Positions 1 through 7,940 of a stretch of 50,558 nt of DNA are shown here, in pieces. The notes beneath the pieces were generated by a model. It saw only the letters and a program-made list of their open reading frames with translations. It was not told where the DNA came from and ran no database searches. A program made the translations under genes and the position numbers. Origin of the DNA: a virus (taxonomy: Duplodnaviria; Caudoviricetes); IMG/VR virus record IMGVR_UViG_3300037360_000100, positions 1 through 50,558 of that record; one strand, written 5' to 3'. Positions within the stretch are counted from its first letter, which is position 1. Every line of letters starts with the position of its first letter.

Positions 1-95
1 CAGCACTATCAAGCTGGTCGGAGAATTAGGTCCAGGGTACCCAGCGCCGTTGTCAAAGTTTGCGGCCGACCACTGGTACTTAACACCAGTCACAG
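1..95. repeat. Terminal direct repeat (circularisation overlap); also one unit of an internal 147-bp tandem repeat
   Basis: 1-95 is identical to 50464-50558 and to 50317-50411. Confidence 0.95.
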
Positions 96-123
96 TGTCC
101 ACAGCTTGGTGCACAACTGTCAT
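1..123 (-). CDS. 5' end of the beta-propeller tail/receptor-binding gene that continues at 50463 across the circular junction
   Basis: ATG at 123 overlaps the TGA of 120..497 (ATGA). It reads MTVVHQAVDTVTGVKYQW..., in frame with ORF 49381..50556. Confidence 0.85.
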   Translation of the reverse strand, partial: MTVVHQAVDTVTGVKYQWSAANFDNGAGYPGPNSPTSLIVL

Positions 124-497
124 GCGACTAGGCTCACTGTACGTATGGCCGAAACGCCGCTATCCCCTACAAATTGGGCAACAACCTGGTACAGCACACC
201 CGAAGCGAAGGCGTAGAACGCTGTGAGGTAAATTTGCTCTGTCGCGGCTGTGACGTAGACTTCGCAGTCCGTCGCGATGCCGTCGGCGAACAGTTGGACC
301 AACAGTGTAGCCGTTCCGAAGTTGCAGGCAGACACAGCGAGCCGAGCGGTCACCGGGGTGGGCACGGTAAATGCGCCGAACACCACAAATGGGGCGTTCG
401 AAGTGTACAGGACGGGCTCGTATGCGCCAGACGCATAAGCGCAAACTATCTCGTTCACAGGTACGACGCTGGTCGCGTATCCGGTAAGCGTGGTCAT
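120..497 (-). CDS. Hypothetical beta-rich virion protein
   Basis: 125 aa, start/stop overlaps with both neighbours, directly after baseplate J. Confidence 0.65.
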   Translation of the reverse strand: MTTLTGYATSVVPVNEIVCAYASGAYEPVLYTSNAPFVVFGAFTVPTPVTARLAVSACNFGTATLLVQLFADGIATDCEVYVTAATEQIYLTAFYAFASGVLYQVVAQFVGDSGVSAIRTVSLVA

Positions 498-1672
498 GGT
501 GTCACCGTAATGTTGGCCGCGGCAAAGGTTGCGATTTGGAATGCGCCTAGTGCAATGTTTGTGGTGCCTGTGGGAGGCGAGCCAACGTCTAACGCGAAAG
601 AGTTCACATCAACCACGCCGCCCAAAGCCAGGGCGGACGCCTCGGCCTTCAAGGCGCGAACCGGCGTACCCGGCGCCGCAAGCTGGGTCAAGGCCGTGGC
701 TACAGCTTCGGCCACGGCGGTCGAACCGACGTAGCCCGTCGTAGTTATAAGGCTATACGATAGGTAGATTGGAACCTGCTCGACGGGCGTGTAGCTGACC
801 GTGCGAAGCACGCCGGTCGTATCCGTGTAGCTGATTGCTGTGGTGCCATAGGTCCCTACACCAGCAGGCTTGCCTTCCCAAATAGTCTGAGCCAGGGCTG
901 GTATACTCACCAGGGCAGATGCGTAAACAACGGGCGCAATCGTGTGCGGCGGTAGGCCATTTGCGTCCGTGGTTGCACCGGTGTTTTCGAGCACGTAGCT
1001 CGAAACAACCTCGGGCAGTGCGTCAATGTCGGCCTGCAGTGCAAGTGTGGTCGTGCTGCCGGTGCGCGCCAGCTCGGATTCGCGCAGCAGTCGTGTCTGT
1101 GTGTCGTCGAAAACCAGATGGCCGAGCACGCCCGGGGCCGTGTTGCCGATCGAAGTCCAGCCCGAAATAGGCGCGGAAATCTGCAGACTGCCAACGGGTA
1201 CCGAAATCGGACTGCTATCCACGCACGCAAACGTAACGTCAAATGTGCCGTCACTTGGCGCCGTAAAGTCTGCCGCGGGCGTAAGCTGAACGTCCGGGAA
1301 GCCTGCCACGTTGGCCAGCGCCGTACCCGCCGCAAGCACCGTACCCGACGTGAGCGTGCACTGAGCAACCACGACGGTCGGGGCCGCGCCTGGACGCACG
1401 GTGCCGTCGAGTTTGCAAATATCGTCCAGAAGGTCGGCTTCCGCGTTATCTGGATTGTTCGCGTCGTGAACAACTTGTAGCGCTTCCCAGGCCAATGCGT
1501 ACTGGCGTGCGCGGATGCCAGCGGTTTGGCCCTCGGGTGCATCAGCGTCGAGATCAAGCCCTGGGTCCACAACGGCAAGCAAATCAGCGGTTTCGTCCGC
1601 TAGAATGTCCTCGATTGTGGGGGCGTAGAAACCGCTTGGCTGCACGCCCCAAAGGCTTTTGTCTACCGTCAT
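494..1672 (-). CDS. Baseplate J-like (Mu gp47/P2 gpJ) wedge protein
   Basis: 392 aa with J-like features (G-F-x-x-P N-terminus, PEGQ, NPDNAE..LD, EN.TG.TD.NGLPPH, IWEGKPAGV.T.G); position in the baseplate cluster. Confidence 0.88.
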   Translation of the reverse strand: MTVDKSLWGVQPSGFYAPTIEDILADETADLLAVVDPGLDLDADAPEGQTAGIRARQYALAWEALQVVHDANNPDNAEADLLDDICKLDGTVRPGAAPTVVVAQCTLTSGTVLAAGTALANVAGFPDVQLTPAADFTAPSDGTFDVTFACVDSSPISVPVGSLQISAPISGWTSIGNTAPGVLGHLVFDDTQTRLLRESELARTGSTTTLALQADIDALPEVVSSYVLENTGATTDANGLPPHTIAPVVYASALVSIPALAQTIWEGKPAGVGTYGTTAISYTDTTGVLRTVSYTPVEQVPIYLSYSLITTTGYVGSTAVAEAVATALTQLAAPGTPVRALKAEASALALGGVVDVNSFALDVGSPPTGTTNIALGAFQIATFAAANITVTP

Positions 1673-2034
1673 ACTGGCACCGGGCTAGAAACTACTTCAC
1701 TTAGCTTAGCACCGGTCTGGTAGATGGCCACATAGGCGAGGGAAAGCGTCCTAGTGGCCGGAGTGAAAGCTGATTCGACGCTGGTTACACCCACAATGCC
1801 GGGGACTTTGAGGAGCTCGGCTCTAAAAAGCGCCCGGATGAGGTCCAGATTGGGGTTCTTAACGAATACTTCGGTGAACCACGGGACGCCCAGGCTTTGG
1901 TCGAGGAACCACTCGCCTAGGAAAAGTTTGAAGCGCTGGCGGATTTTCTGCGCGGCGTACTCTGGACCCGTAAGGGTCTCGAACTTGCCGGTCGAAAGGT
2001 CCAGGTCACCAGCGGGAACGGTTCGGCCAATCAT
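1669..2034 (-). CDS. Sheath initiator / gp25-GP46-like baseplate protein
   Basis: AQKIRQRFKLFLGEWFLDQSLGVPW motif; lies between spike and J. Confidence 0.82.
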   Translation of the reverse strand: MIGRTVPAGDLDLSTGKFETLTGPEYAAQKIRQRFKLFLGEWFLDQSLGVPWFTEVFVKNPNLDLIRALFRAELLKVPGIVGVTSVESAFTPATRTLSLAYVAIYQTGAKLSEVVSSPVPV

Positions 2035-2570
2035 TTCGCTTCCACCTCAGCCGTGCCGACCAGGGTCGGGGCTACAAATGTAAGGGGGTTTCCGCCAGCC
2101 GTCGCGGTTTGCAGGGCCGTGACAAGGGCTTGCACGTCGCTCAGCAGGGCCAGCGGTGCAGCGCCGGACGCCCTACCTGGGCGTACAAAAGGGAACGCTA
2201 GGCAAGAGGACAGTCCGAAACGCGATAAATCGCCAGGTTGCGTGGCGTCGGCGCCGTCCAGGAATTCCGCCGCACTGGCTTCGTTGACCAACAATAAGAC
2301 GCTGTCCCCCTGCTTGAGTGCGATTTGAACGAACGATCGCTCCGTTCCGTAAGCCAATACTGGAACTTTTGGAACAGCTGGCAGGGGTTCATAGGCTACC
2401 TCGTTGTCTACCGTCAACACGGCTCGGGAAGGTCCGGGTTGAATGTCGGCGGTGTTGTCGCTCGAATTAAATGCAATCACCGTGCCCACCAGCGCCGTGT
2501 GCACGTTCGTCAGCCGGGCGTCAAGGGCGCGGCGAATCAGCTCAGCTAGGTCTGGGTCTTGGGTGGGCAT
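2031..2570 (-). CDS. Baseplate central spike (gp138/gpV-like N-terminal OB domain)
   Basis: HTAL.G.V..F, ADIQP, LP.VP.VPV, GD.VLL, R..LS motifs; short C-terminus. Confidence 0.78.
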   Translation of the reverse strand: MPTQDPDLAELIRRALDARLTNVHTALVGTVIAFNSSDNTADIQPGPSRAVLTVDNEVAYEPLPAVPKVPVLAYGTERSFVQIALKQGDSVLLLVNEASAAEFLDGADATQPGDLSRFGLSSCLAFPFVRPGRASGAAPLALLSDVQALVTALQTATAGGNPLTFVAPTLVGTAEVEAK

Positions 2571-2576
2571 TTGTGC

Positions 2577-3458
2577 TCAGTAGCGCTTAGCTTCGATCTC
2601 GTGGTACCAATCGGGCCCGTGACTATGTCCCTCGGTGATGATCTTCTCTACTCTAAATTGACCTTGAATTTGCCTGGAGTCAACAACTACCAGTCGGCCG
2701 CAAGTCAGGCCTGGAATCATAAGGGTCTTGGCCTTCAGCACGCCGTTCCCATCTACGTTCGGGCTGCCAATCAAACCGGTGCCGGACGTAAGTTTGATGG
2801 CCTTTTGCGCCAGGGCCGTGTTCAAGTCCGTAAATTGCACCACACCGTCCTGAATGCTCCACTCAAGGTTTGCCGATCGGCAAATGTCGTTCAGCGCCAT
2901 GGCCGCGGAACCGCTCAGCACCAGCCCGCGCGTGTAGACGGTCGCGTTGCCCTGCAACTGCAGGGTGGACGCCACGCTGGCCAAGTTGCCGTTGCCGAGG
3001 CCAAGGGCCTTGACGGCGGCTGCGAGGGCCGTGCGCACCGGGGTTTTGTATCCGAACGCCTGTGAGATACGGGCGGTGCGGAAAGCCCGCTCCCCATCGC
3101 CCGATGTGATAGCTGTAATCCAATCGGGCCCGGTCAACTCGGAGTCAACCGTACGCAGATCCCCCAGAAAAATCAGGCTGGCGCCGTCCTCGGCGTACCC
3201 GGCCTCGAGACGCACGGAGACCGAGCCCTTGACGTTTGGACTGGTCTTACCCTTATGCTTGGCCTTCTTTCCGACGAGCTTGCCAGGGGCCAGTTCTTGA
3301 AGCTGGCCACGGTGGTTTTCGTCCAGGTTGTAGACCTCAATGAGAACCTTGTTTGGCTCAGGCTTGATTGACTTTTCGACCCTGAAATGGATCGCGAACG
3401 CGTCAACCTGAAGGGTTGAAACGGTCAAGGCCCAGCGGCGGTCGAAAAGGGCGCCCAT
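2577..3458 (-). CDS. Baseplate hub protein
   Basis: PN...IEVYNL, LEAGY, IF.GD, DGE, WSIQDG, TGLIGSP, G.S.G.DW motifs of myophage hub proteins. Confidence 0.82.
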   Translation of the reverse strand: MGALFDRRWALTVSTLQVDAFAIHFRVEKSIKPEPNKVLIEVYNLDENHRGQLQELAPGKLVGKKAKHKGKTSPNVKGSVSVRLEAGYAEDGASLIFLGDLRTVDSELTGPDWITAITSGDGERAFRTARISQAFGYKTPVRTALAAAVKALGLGNGNLASVASTLQLQGNATVYTRGLVLSGSAAMALNDICRSANLEWSIQDGVVQFTDLNTALAQKAIKLTSGTGLIGSPNVDGNGVLKAKTLMIPGLTCGRLVVVDSRQIQGQFRVEKIITEGHSHGPDWYHEIEAKRY

Positions 3459-3728
3459 TTAGGCCAACGTAAGGTTTTTTGATTCGATGTAGTACCGCAG
3501 ACCAGAGCTGTGCTCTTCAACTTCAAAGCTGTGCCCATGGTCTCTGCCTATCACGCGTCCTTCTATTCCCGTGTTTGACTTCACACGCATATTTGGCTTC
3601 AACGAGGCCTCGTGTGTAGCCTGCGCCAGGTAACTAGCCCGTTCGGTTGTGTGCCCTCTAACGCCTGAGCCTTCTCCGCCGTCAAGGTTCAGAGCCCGCG
3701 CCGCAATTTGTGCTTCCTGTCCGTTCAT
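3459..3728 (-). CDS. Small protein with NLD|GGEGSGVRGHTT tag and SH3/KOW-like C-terminus (putative capsid cargo)
   Basis: Start corrected to ATG 3728 (AAGGA RBS, ATGA overlap). Shares an 18-residue motif with 4901..5251. Confidence 0.7.
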   Translation of the reverse strand: MNGQEAQIAARALNLDGGEGSGVRGHTTERASYLAQATHEASLKPNMRVKSNTGIEGRVIGRDHGHSFEVEEHSSGLRYYIESKNLTLA

Positions 3729-4054
3729 GGTGTTCCTTCCGGTATATATTCTAGCACGCACCGAAGGCCCTCGCCAAGCTCCAAAAACCCTGGCGGGTCG
3801 TTTGACGCGCCTGAGGTCATGCACCAGATCTCGCCCGTCGGTACGCCCGCGCGGCCGTGGTAGTAGTGCAGCAGGGGCCAGTTAACGACTAGCTTCATGG
3901 GACCGACCAGGACGTCGCCCGTGGTGTTGAGCAATCGGAGGTACCAGCGAGCTTCCCGCGTGCTCCAACGGAAGTCAAGCTGGAAGTCCGTGCCGTCGAG
4001 GTTAACCCGTTGGCTGTAGAAGGCTGTGCCGTCGGAAAGTGTAGGGATAATCAC
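3725..4054 (-). CDS. Small baseplate protein (DUF6983-like plug)
   Basis: YSQRVNLDG..F.L.FRWS.R...W pattern; between Dit-like and hub genes; GAGGAG RBS. Confidence 0.72.
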   Translation of the reverse strand: MIIPTLSDGTAFYSQRVNLDGTDFQLDFRWSTREARWYLRLLNTTGDVLVGPMKLVVNWPLLHYYHGRAGVPTGEIWCMTSGASNDPPGFLELGEGLRCVLEYIPEGTP

Positions 4055-4063
4055 GAGACTCCT

Positions 4064-4894
4064 CTAAACAGCGCCAAGGCCGCCGTAACGTACCAGCGCC
4101 AAGGCCGCCGTAACGTACGCGCGTTGCTGCTCCTCGGTCACGTTCGCTGTTACCTTGGGGGATTTCGTGCCAGCGCTTTTCTTCAGCTGACCTGATGGCT
4201 CCAAGGGCTTGGGCGCTGTGACCGTCAGGCTGTTCACGATACGAACCTCTTTGAGACTCAAACCGAAGGGTGCGCCCTCGCCGTCGTCCGTCTTGCGGGG
4301 TACCTGCAGGCCGTTGTCCGCGAAAACCATGTTGTCGTAGACTTTCAGGTCAGTGCTTACCGTCATTAGAACGCCAGTGTCATAGGCTTTCTCGAGAAGT
4401 GCAAAGGTCTCGTTGACACGGCTGGTCCAGTTTGGCCACGCCCAGACGTTTGCTTGCACGGTCGTTTGCGCCGCGGGGTCCTTTACACGCAAATTGGCCT
4501 GCGTGCCTTGGTCGAACCCAAGGGCGCCGGCCAGGGCGTTGAAACCCGCGCTCACCAGGGCGTGTGCATTCGCGCGCAGAGGACTGCCCGGCACGTCTAG
4601 CTTGGTAAGCTCGCTGTGCCAGCTCGATTCGGCCGGCACGCTAAGGCCGTGCAACCCCAGCTCGGGTGCAGCGCCCGCGCCCAGAAGGTTCTGCGGCAAG
4701 GGTGTGTCTGAAACGTACCCCTCAATTTGAAGGGTCTTGGGCTTACGCCGGACGTTGTCTGAAATGTCCGGGCCGTCCTCGACCGGAAACTCGGTGACTT
4801 CCGTGGCCATACCGTGGGTCTCGGTGTCGTAGACGTCAAGCTGGACCACGTCCGTGGTGCCGTCCTTGTTTTGCCAGAGAATATTGAGGGGCAT
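4064..4894 (-). CDS. Tail tube initiator / Dit-like baseplate protein
   Basis: ETH....VTEFPVEDG..ISDNV...P..L.IEG.VSD motif; downstream of tape measure. Confidence 0.8.
   Translation of the reverse strand: MPLNILWQNKDGTTDVVQLDVYDTETHGMATEVTEFPVEDGPDISDNVRRKPKTLQIEGYVSDTPLPQNLLGAGAAPELGLHGLSVPAESSWHSELTKLDVPGSPLRANAHALVSAGFNALAGALGFDQGTQANLRVKDPAAQTTVQANVWAWPNWTSRVNETFALLEKAYDTGVLMTVSTDLKVYDNMVFADNGLQVPRKTDDGEGAPFGLSLKEVRIVNSLTVTAPKPLEPSGQLKKSAGTKSPKVTANVTEEQQRAYVTAALALVRYGGLGAV
4069..4118. repeat. Exact 25-bp tandem duplication
   Basis: cagcgccaaggccgccgtaacgtac at 4069-4093 and 4094-4118. Confidence 0.95.
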
Positions 4895-4900
4895 TAGACC

Positions 4901-5251
4901 CTACACGAAAACGCTGTGCTTATTGGCCAAGGCGCGCCGTCGGCTCTCATGTTCGCCGTGCGCTTCATTGACCATGCTTGAGCGCCAGCTTTCTGCACGC
5001 GACTGTGCGCTCTTGTCCTTGCCCGCCGCGGCTTTCAGCTCGTCGGCTTTTGCGTTAACTGCAGCGATCTTGGAATCGCGCTCCGATTCTGACTTTGCTT
5101 TACCTTTAGCGTAAGCCGCTAGAGCTTTCTCCCGAGCGGCCGCCAGCCCGCCTGACTTTTCTGTTGTGTGTCCTTTGACACCAGAGCCTTCCCCGCCGTC
5201 TAAGTTCAGGGCGTGAAACGCTAGATCGATTTCTGCTTGATTTTTGAACAT
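4901..5251 (-). CDS. Small Lys/Ala-rich protein with NLD|GGEGSGVKGHTT tag (putative capsid cargo)
   Basis: 116 aa inserted between tape measure and Dit-like genes; motif shared with 3459..3728. Confidence 0.72.
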   Translation of the reverse strand: MFKNQAEIDLAFHALNLDGGEGSGVKGHTTEKSGGLAAAREKALAAYAKGKAKSESERDSKIAAVNAKADELKAAAGKDKSAQSRAESWRSSMVNEAHGEHESRRRALANKHSVFV

Positions 5252-5255
5252 GTTC

Positions 5256-6851
5256 TTACTCTACCGCCGGTTCAAGGGCGTAAATGTCAGCTCTGTTGCC
5301 TGCGCTCTTTTGTCGGGCCCTTTCGACCGCGGACCCCACGGCTTTAGCCTGCGCGTCGGTCGAGCCGGGCATTAGGCTTATGGTCGTAGTTGACTTGTCC
5401 GTAAAGTACTGTGGCTGGCTCAGGTAACTGGGCATGTTGGTGGCTGCTGTTGCTACGCCCATACCCGGTCCGAGCTGCACCGCTTTACCAGCGCCTGAGG
5501 CTTGGTCTGCTTCCGCTTGCGCATTGTCCGCACGTGCCTTGGCGGCCGCGCCGCGAATTCGGTCAAAGTCTGACCCGTTGGCTTCGAACTGCGCCGCCAG
5601 CTCTGCGTCGGCTACGCCATATTCCGCGTCACGTTGGGCCGTAATCTTGGCAACCATCTTGTCGCCTGCGTCTGAGCCAGCAATCCCGGCCATAGCACGG
5701 GCCGGTAGAATGGCCAGCATCTTGGCGGCGTAAGCGATCCACGAGCCCAGGCGTTCAAACTGGCTAACAAGCCACGCAATCGCGGCCGCACCGGCACTTC
5801 CGGCGAACGTAGCCAGACCATCTTTGAAGAGCTGCCAGCTGGCCGTCATGGCCTGGACGTCCTCAACGAACGCCTTGGCCGCGCCCGGGCCAAAGAAGTG
5901 ATCAATCAGAGTACCGGAAAGGCTCTCATCACCCTGAAACAGGCCCATGAGATCTTCAGCCACGAGGGCCAGCAGAATGAACCCGGCAGTCGAAAGGGCC
6001 AGCTTTGCCAGCATGGGCCCGAACATGGTGGCAATGGCACGAAGGCCGCCAACCAGGACAGCAACAAATCCAGCCATGCCGATCCGGCCTAGGTCCAACT
6101 CCGAGCGCATTTCCGTGATTTTGTGGATCACGGCCGTGGCTTTATCGGTCAGCCACGTGAATGCAGGGACCAGTTTCTCTGTAATCATGACAGAGAACGA
6201 CCGCCAGCTCATCTGCAGGCGTACGCTGGCTTCGTGGTACTTGTCCGCGGCTTGGATGTACTCGCCCGTGAAACCGCCTCCAAGCTTTTCGACTTCTTCG
6301 CGCAGCTCGCGGATACCGGCCTCGCCCTTCTTCATGAGGGGCAGCAACTGCGCGCCGCCGCGGCCGAAGATTTTCATAGCCGTGGCGGTCTGTTCGGCTG
6401 GGTCTTTAATGTCCCCAATCGCGCCTGCGACCTCGATGAAAGCTTCCGTGGTCTCTTTTTTAGCTAGTTCTTTCTGGTCCAGACCCAGCTTAGCGTACGC
6501 GGCACCCGCGCCCTGTGCACCGGCGCCTGAGGCGAACATGCTGCGCTGCAGACGCATCAAGCCCATACTGAGGGCATCAACCGGTACCTCGCTGGCCTCG
6601 GCTGCGAATTGGAGACTTTGAAGCTTTTCGGCCGTGGTGCCCGCAATGATTGCGGCGTGATTCAGTTGTAACGCGCCCTCAATGGTCTTCTCGACAAACT
6701 CTTTGACCTCGTACGCGGCGAACGCTTCCCCGACGCTGCGCCCTAGGTGGCGCAGACTTTCGATCATATGCCCGACGCCCGCTTCACCCTTGTTAAGTTC
6801 AGCGTGGTCAATTTCGTACCCGAAGCTGGCGAGAATTTCCCTTAAAGCCAC
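5256..6851 (-). CDS. Tail tape measure protein
   Basis: MALREILASFG start, Ala/Gly-rich helical body, IFGRGG..LLP motif, hydrophobic middle; follows the chaperone. Confidence 0.88.
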   Translation of the reverse strand: MALREILASFGYEIDHAELNKGEAGVGHMIESLRHLGRSVGEAFAAYEVKEFVEKTIEGALQLNHAAIIAGTTAEKLQSLQFAAEASEVPVDALSMGLMRLQRSMFASGAGAQGAGAAYAKLGLDQKELAKKETTEAFIEVAGAIGDIKDPAEQTATAMKIFGRGGAQLLPLMKKGEAGIRELREEVEKLGGGFTGEYIQAADKYHEASVRLQMSWRSFSVMITEKLVPAFTWLTDKATAVIHKITEMRSELDLGRIGMAGFVAVLVGGLRAIATMFGPMLAKLALSTAGFILLALVAEDLMGLFQGDESLSGTLIDHFFGPGAAKAFVEDVQAMTASWQLFKDGLATFAGSAGAAAIAWLVSQFERLGSWIAYAAKMLAILPARAMAGIAGSDAGDKMVAKITAQRDAEYGVADAELAAQFEANGSDFDRIRGAAAKARADNAQAEADQASGAGKAVQLGPGMGVATAATNMPSYLSQPQYFTDKSTTTISLMPGSTDAQAKAVGSAVERARQKSAGNRADIYALEPAVE

Positions 6852-6854
6852 GGG

Positions 6855-7130
6855 TTAACGCCCCCTAGCCGCGTTCTGGACGGCTATTTTCTTAGCTTTT
6901 GCCTGTGCTGCCATCTCAAGGTCCTCTTGGAAATCTAGCACCAAATGAAATTGCAACAAGTCGGCCAGACTGTAAACAGTCCGCAGCTCGTGCAACGAGC
7001 ACAAGGGCGGCTCAGCGCGGCACGGGCGCCAGAGGTCCCAGTCGAGACCTGGTGGTACAGCTAGTTCTACAGTTTCGGCTGTGCGTCGGCTTTTTTGGCG
7101 CCTAGCCCGGCCAACATCCCGAATAAAAAA
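6855..7130 (-). CDS. Frameshift extension of the tail assembly chaperone (gpGT-like)
   Basis: The -1 frame after the slippery T-TTT-TTA (7130-7124) is open to TAA at 6855: ...LDWDLWRPCRAEPPLCSLHELRTVYSLADLLQFHLVLD... Not in the supplied ORF track. Confidence 0.7.
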   Translation of the reverse strand, partial: FFIRDVGRARRQKSRRTAETVELAVPPGLDWDLWRPCRAEPPLCSLHELRTVYSLADLLQFHLVLDFQEDLEMAAQAKAKKIAVQNAARGR

Positions 7131-7504
7131 TCAACCATTCCGTTGATGCGAACGAGCTCGACCAGCCATTCGGTGAGCTGCGTATAGCGACCCGTAAAGT
7201 GGTCGTCAAAGGCATCGCCTTTAAGGTGGTCCTCACCACCCGCGCGTAGGGCAAACGTCGCTTGGCCAAAGGCTTCGCAGAGCTCGTCCAGCAGGCTTTG
7301 GTCCAGCCCTTGAATCGCGCCTGCAACGAAGCCAAGCCCAGCCATGGCGCTGTTGTCCAGGCCAGCAGAAAGCCCGTTAAGGCCCTGGCCAAAAGCTTTC
7401 ATAAGCTTCAGGTACAAGGCACGGCCTTGTGTTGCCGGGAGTAGGGTCGTGCGGTACTTCTGTCCGCGGACCTCAAAGGTCTTAATTTGGGGTTTACCCG
7501 ACAT
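7067..7504 (-). CDS. Tail assembly chaperone
   Basis: Between tube and tape measure; FDDHF.G.Y motif; ends near the DFL slippery site. Confidence 0.8.
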   Translation of the reverse strand: MSGKPQIKTFEVRGQKYRTTLLPATQGRALYLKLMKAFGQGLNGLSAGLDNSAMAGLGFVAGAIQGLDQSLLDELCEAFGQATFALRAGGEDHLKGDAFDDHFTGRYTQLTEWLVELVRINGMVDFLFGMLAGLGAKKADAQPKL

Positions 7505-7938
7505 TAGTGCCCGCCAGTCAGTTGGTTAGGACTTGCGCAGATGATAACCCAGTCCACGTCGCCTTCTTCCGCGCCGACCTTCCACGGGGGCGCACCTTCA
7601 ATAAATGCCTCGGTATCCTCTATAATGTAATTTCCGTTGCGGTCTTTGCCCATGATGGGGGCTACGCAAATTCCGCCGGGGGTGTTGACGTCCAGGTTGT
7701 GCAGCACGCTAAGAGTCGTGTTCACGGCCGCGCACTGGCGCAGGTGGACGGTCAACTTGCCACCCGGTTTCTTCATTTGCGATCGGGTCGCCCCGCCGCC
7801 AATGCCCTTGCGCAGCTTGTAGTCAGGCGCCAGTTGCTCGAATTCGAAAAAGGAATCCGGGCCGATAGCATCTTCGTCGAGCTCAATGCCCGCAAAATTG
7901 AGGCTGAAATCCGCGGCGGACCAAACTTGCATCGTCAT
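7504..7938 (-). CDS. Tail tube protein (DUF3277-like)
   Basis: 144 aa after sheath; G..G...RS, G.LT..L.Q, D.NG, W.I motifs. Confidence 0.82.
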   Translation of the reverse strand: MTMQVWSAADFSLNFAGIELDEDAIGPDSFFEFEQLAPDYKLRKGIGGGATRSQMKKPGGKLTVHLRQCAAVNTTLSVLHNLDVNTPGGICVAPIMGKDRNGNYIIEDTEAFIEGAPPWKVGAEEGDVDWVIICASPNQLTGGH

Positions 7939-7940
7939 GA

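Noticed and set aside
1-95. Biological direct terminal repeat
   Set aside because: It lies inside a gene and matches an internal tandem repeat; more likely an assembly overlap than a packaged terminus.
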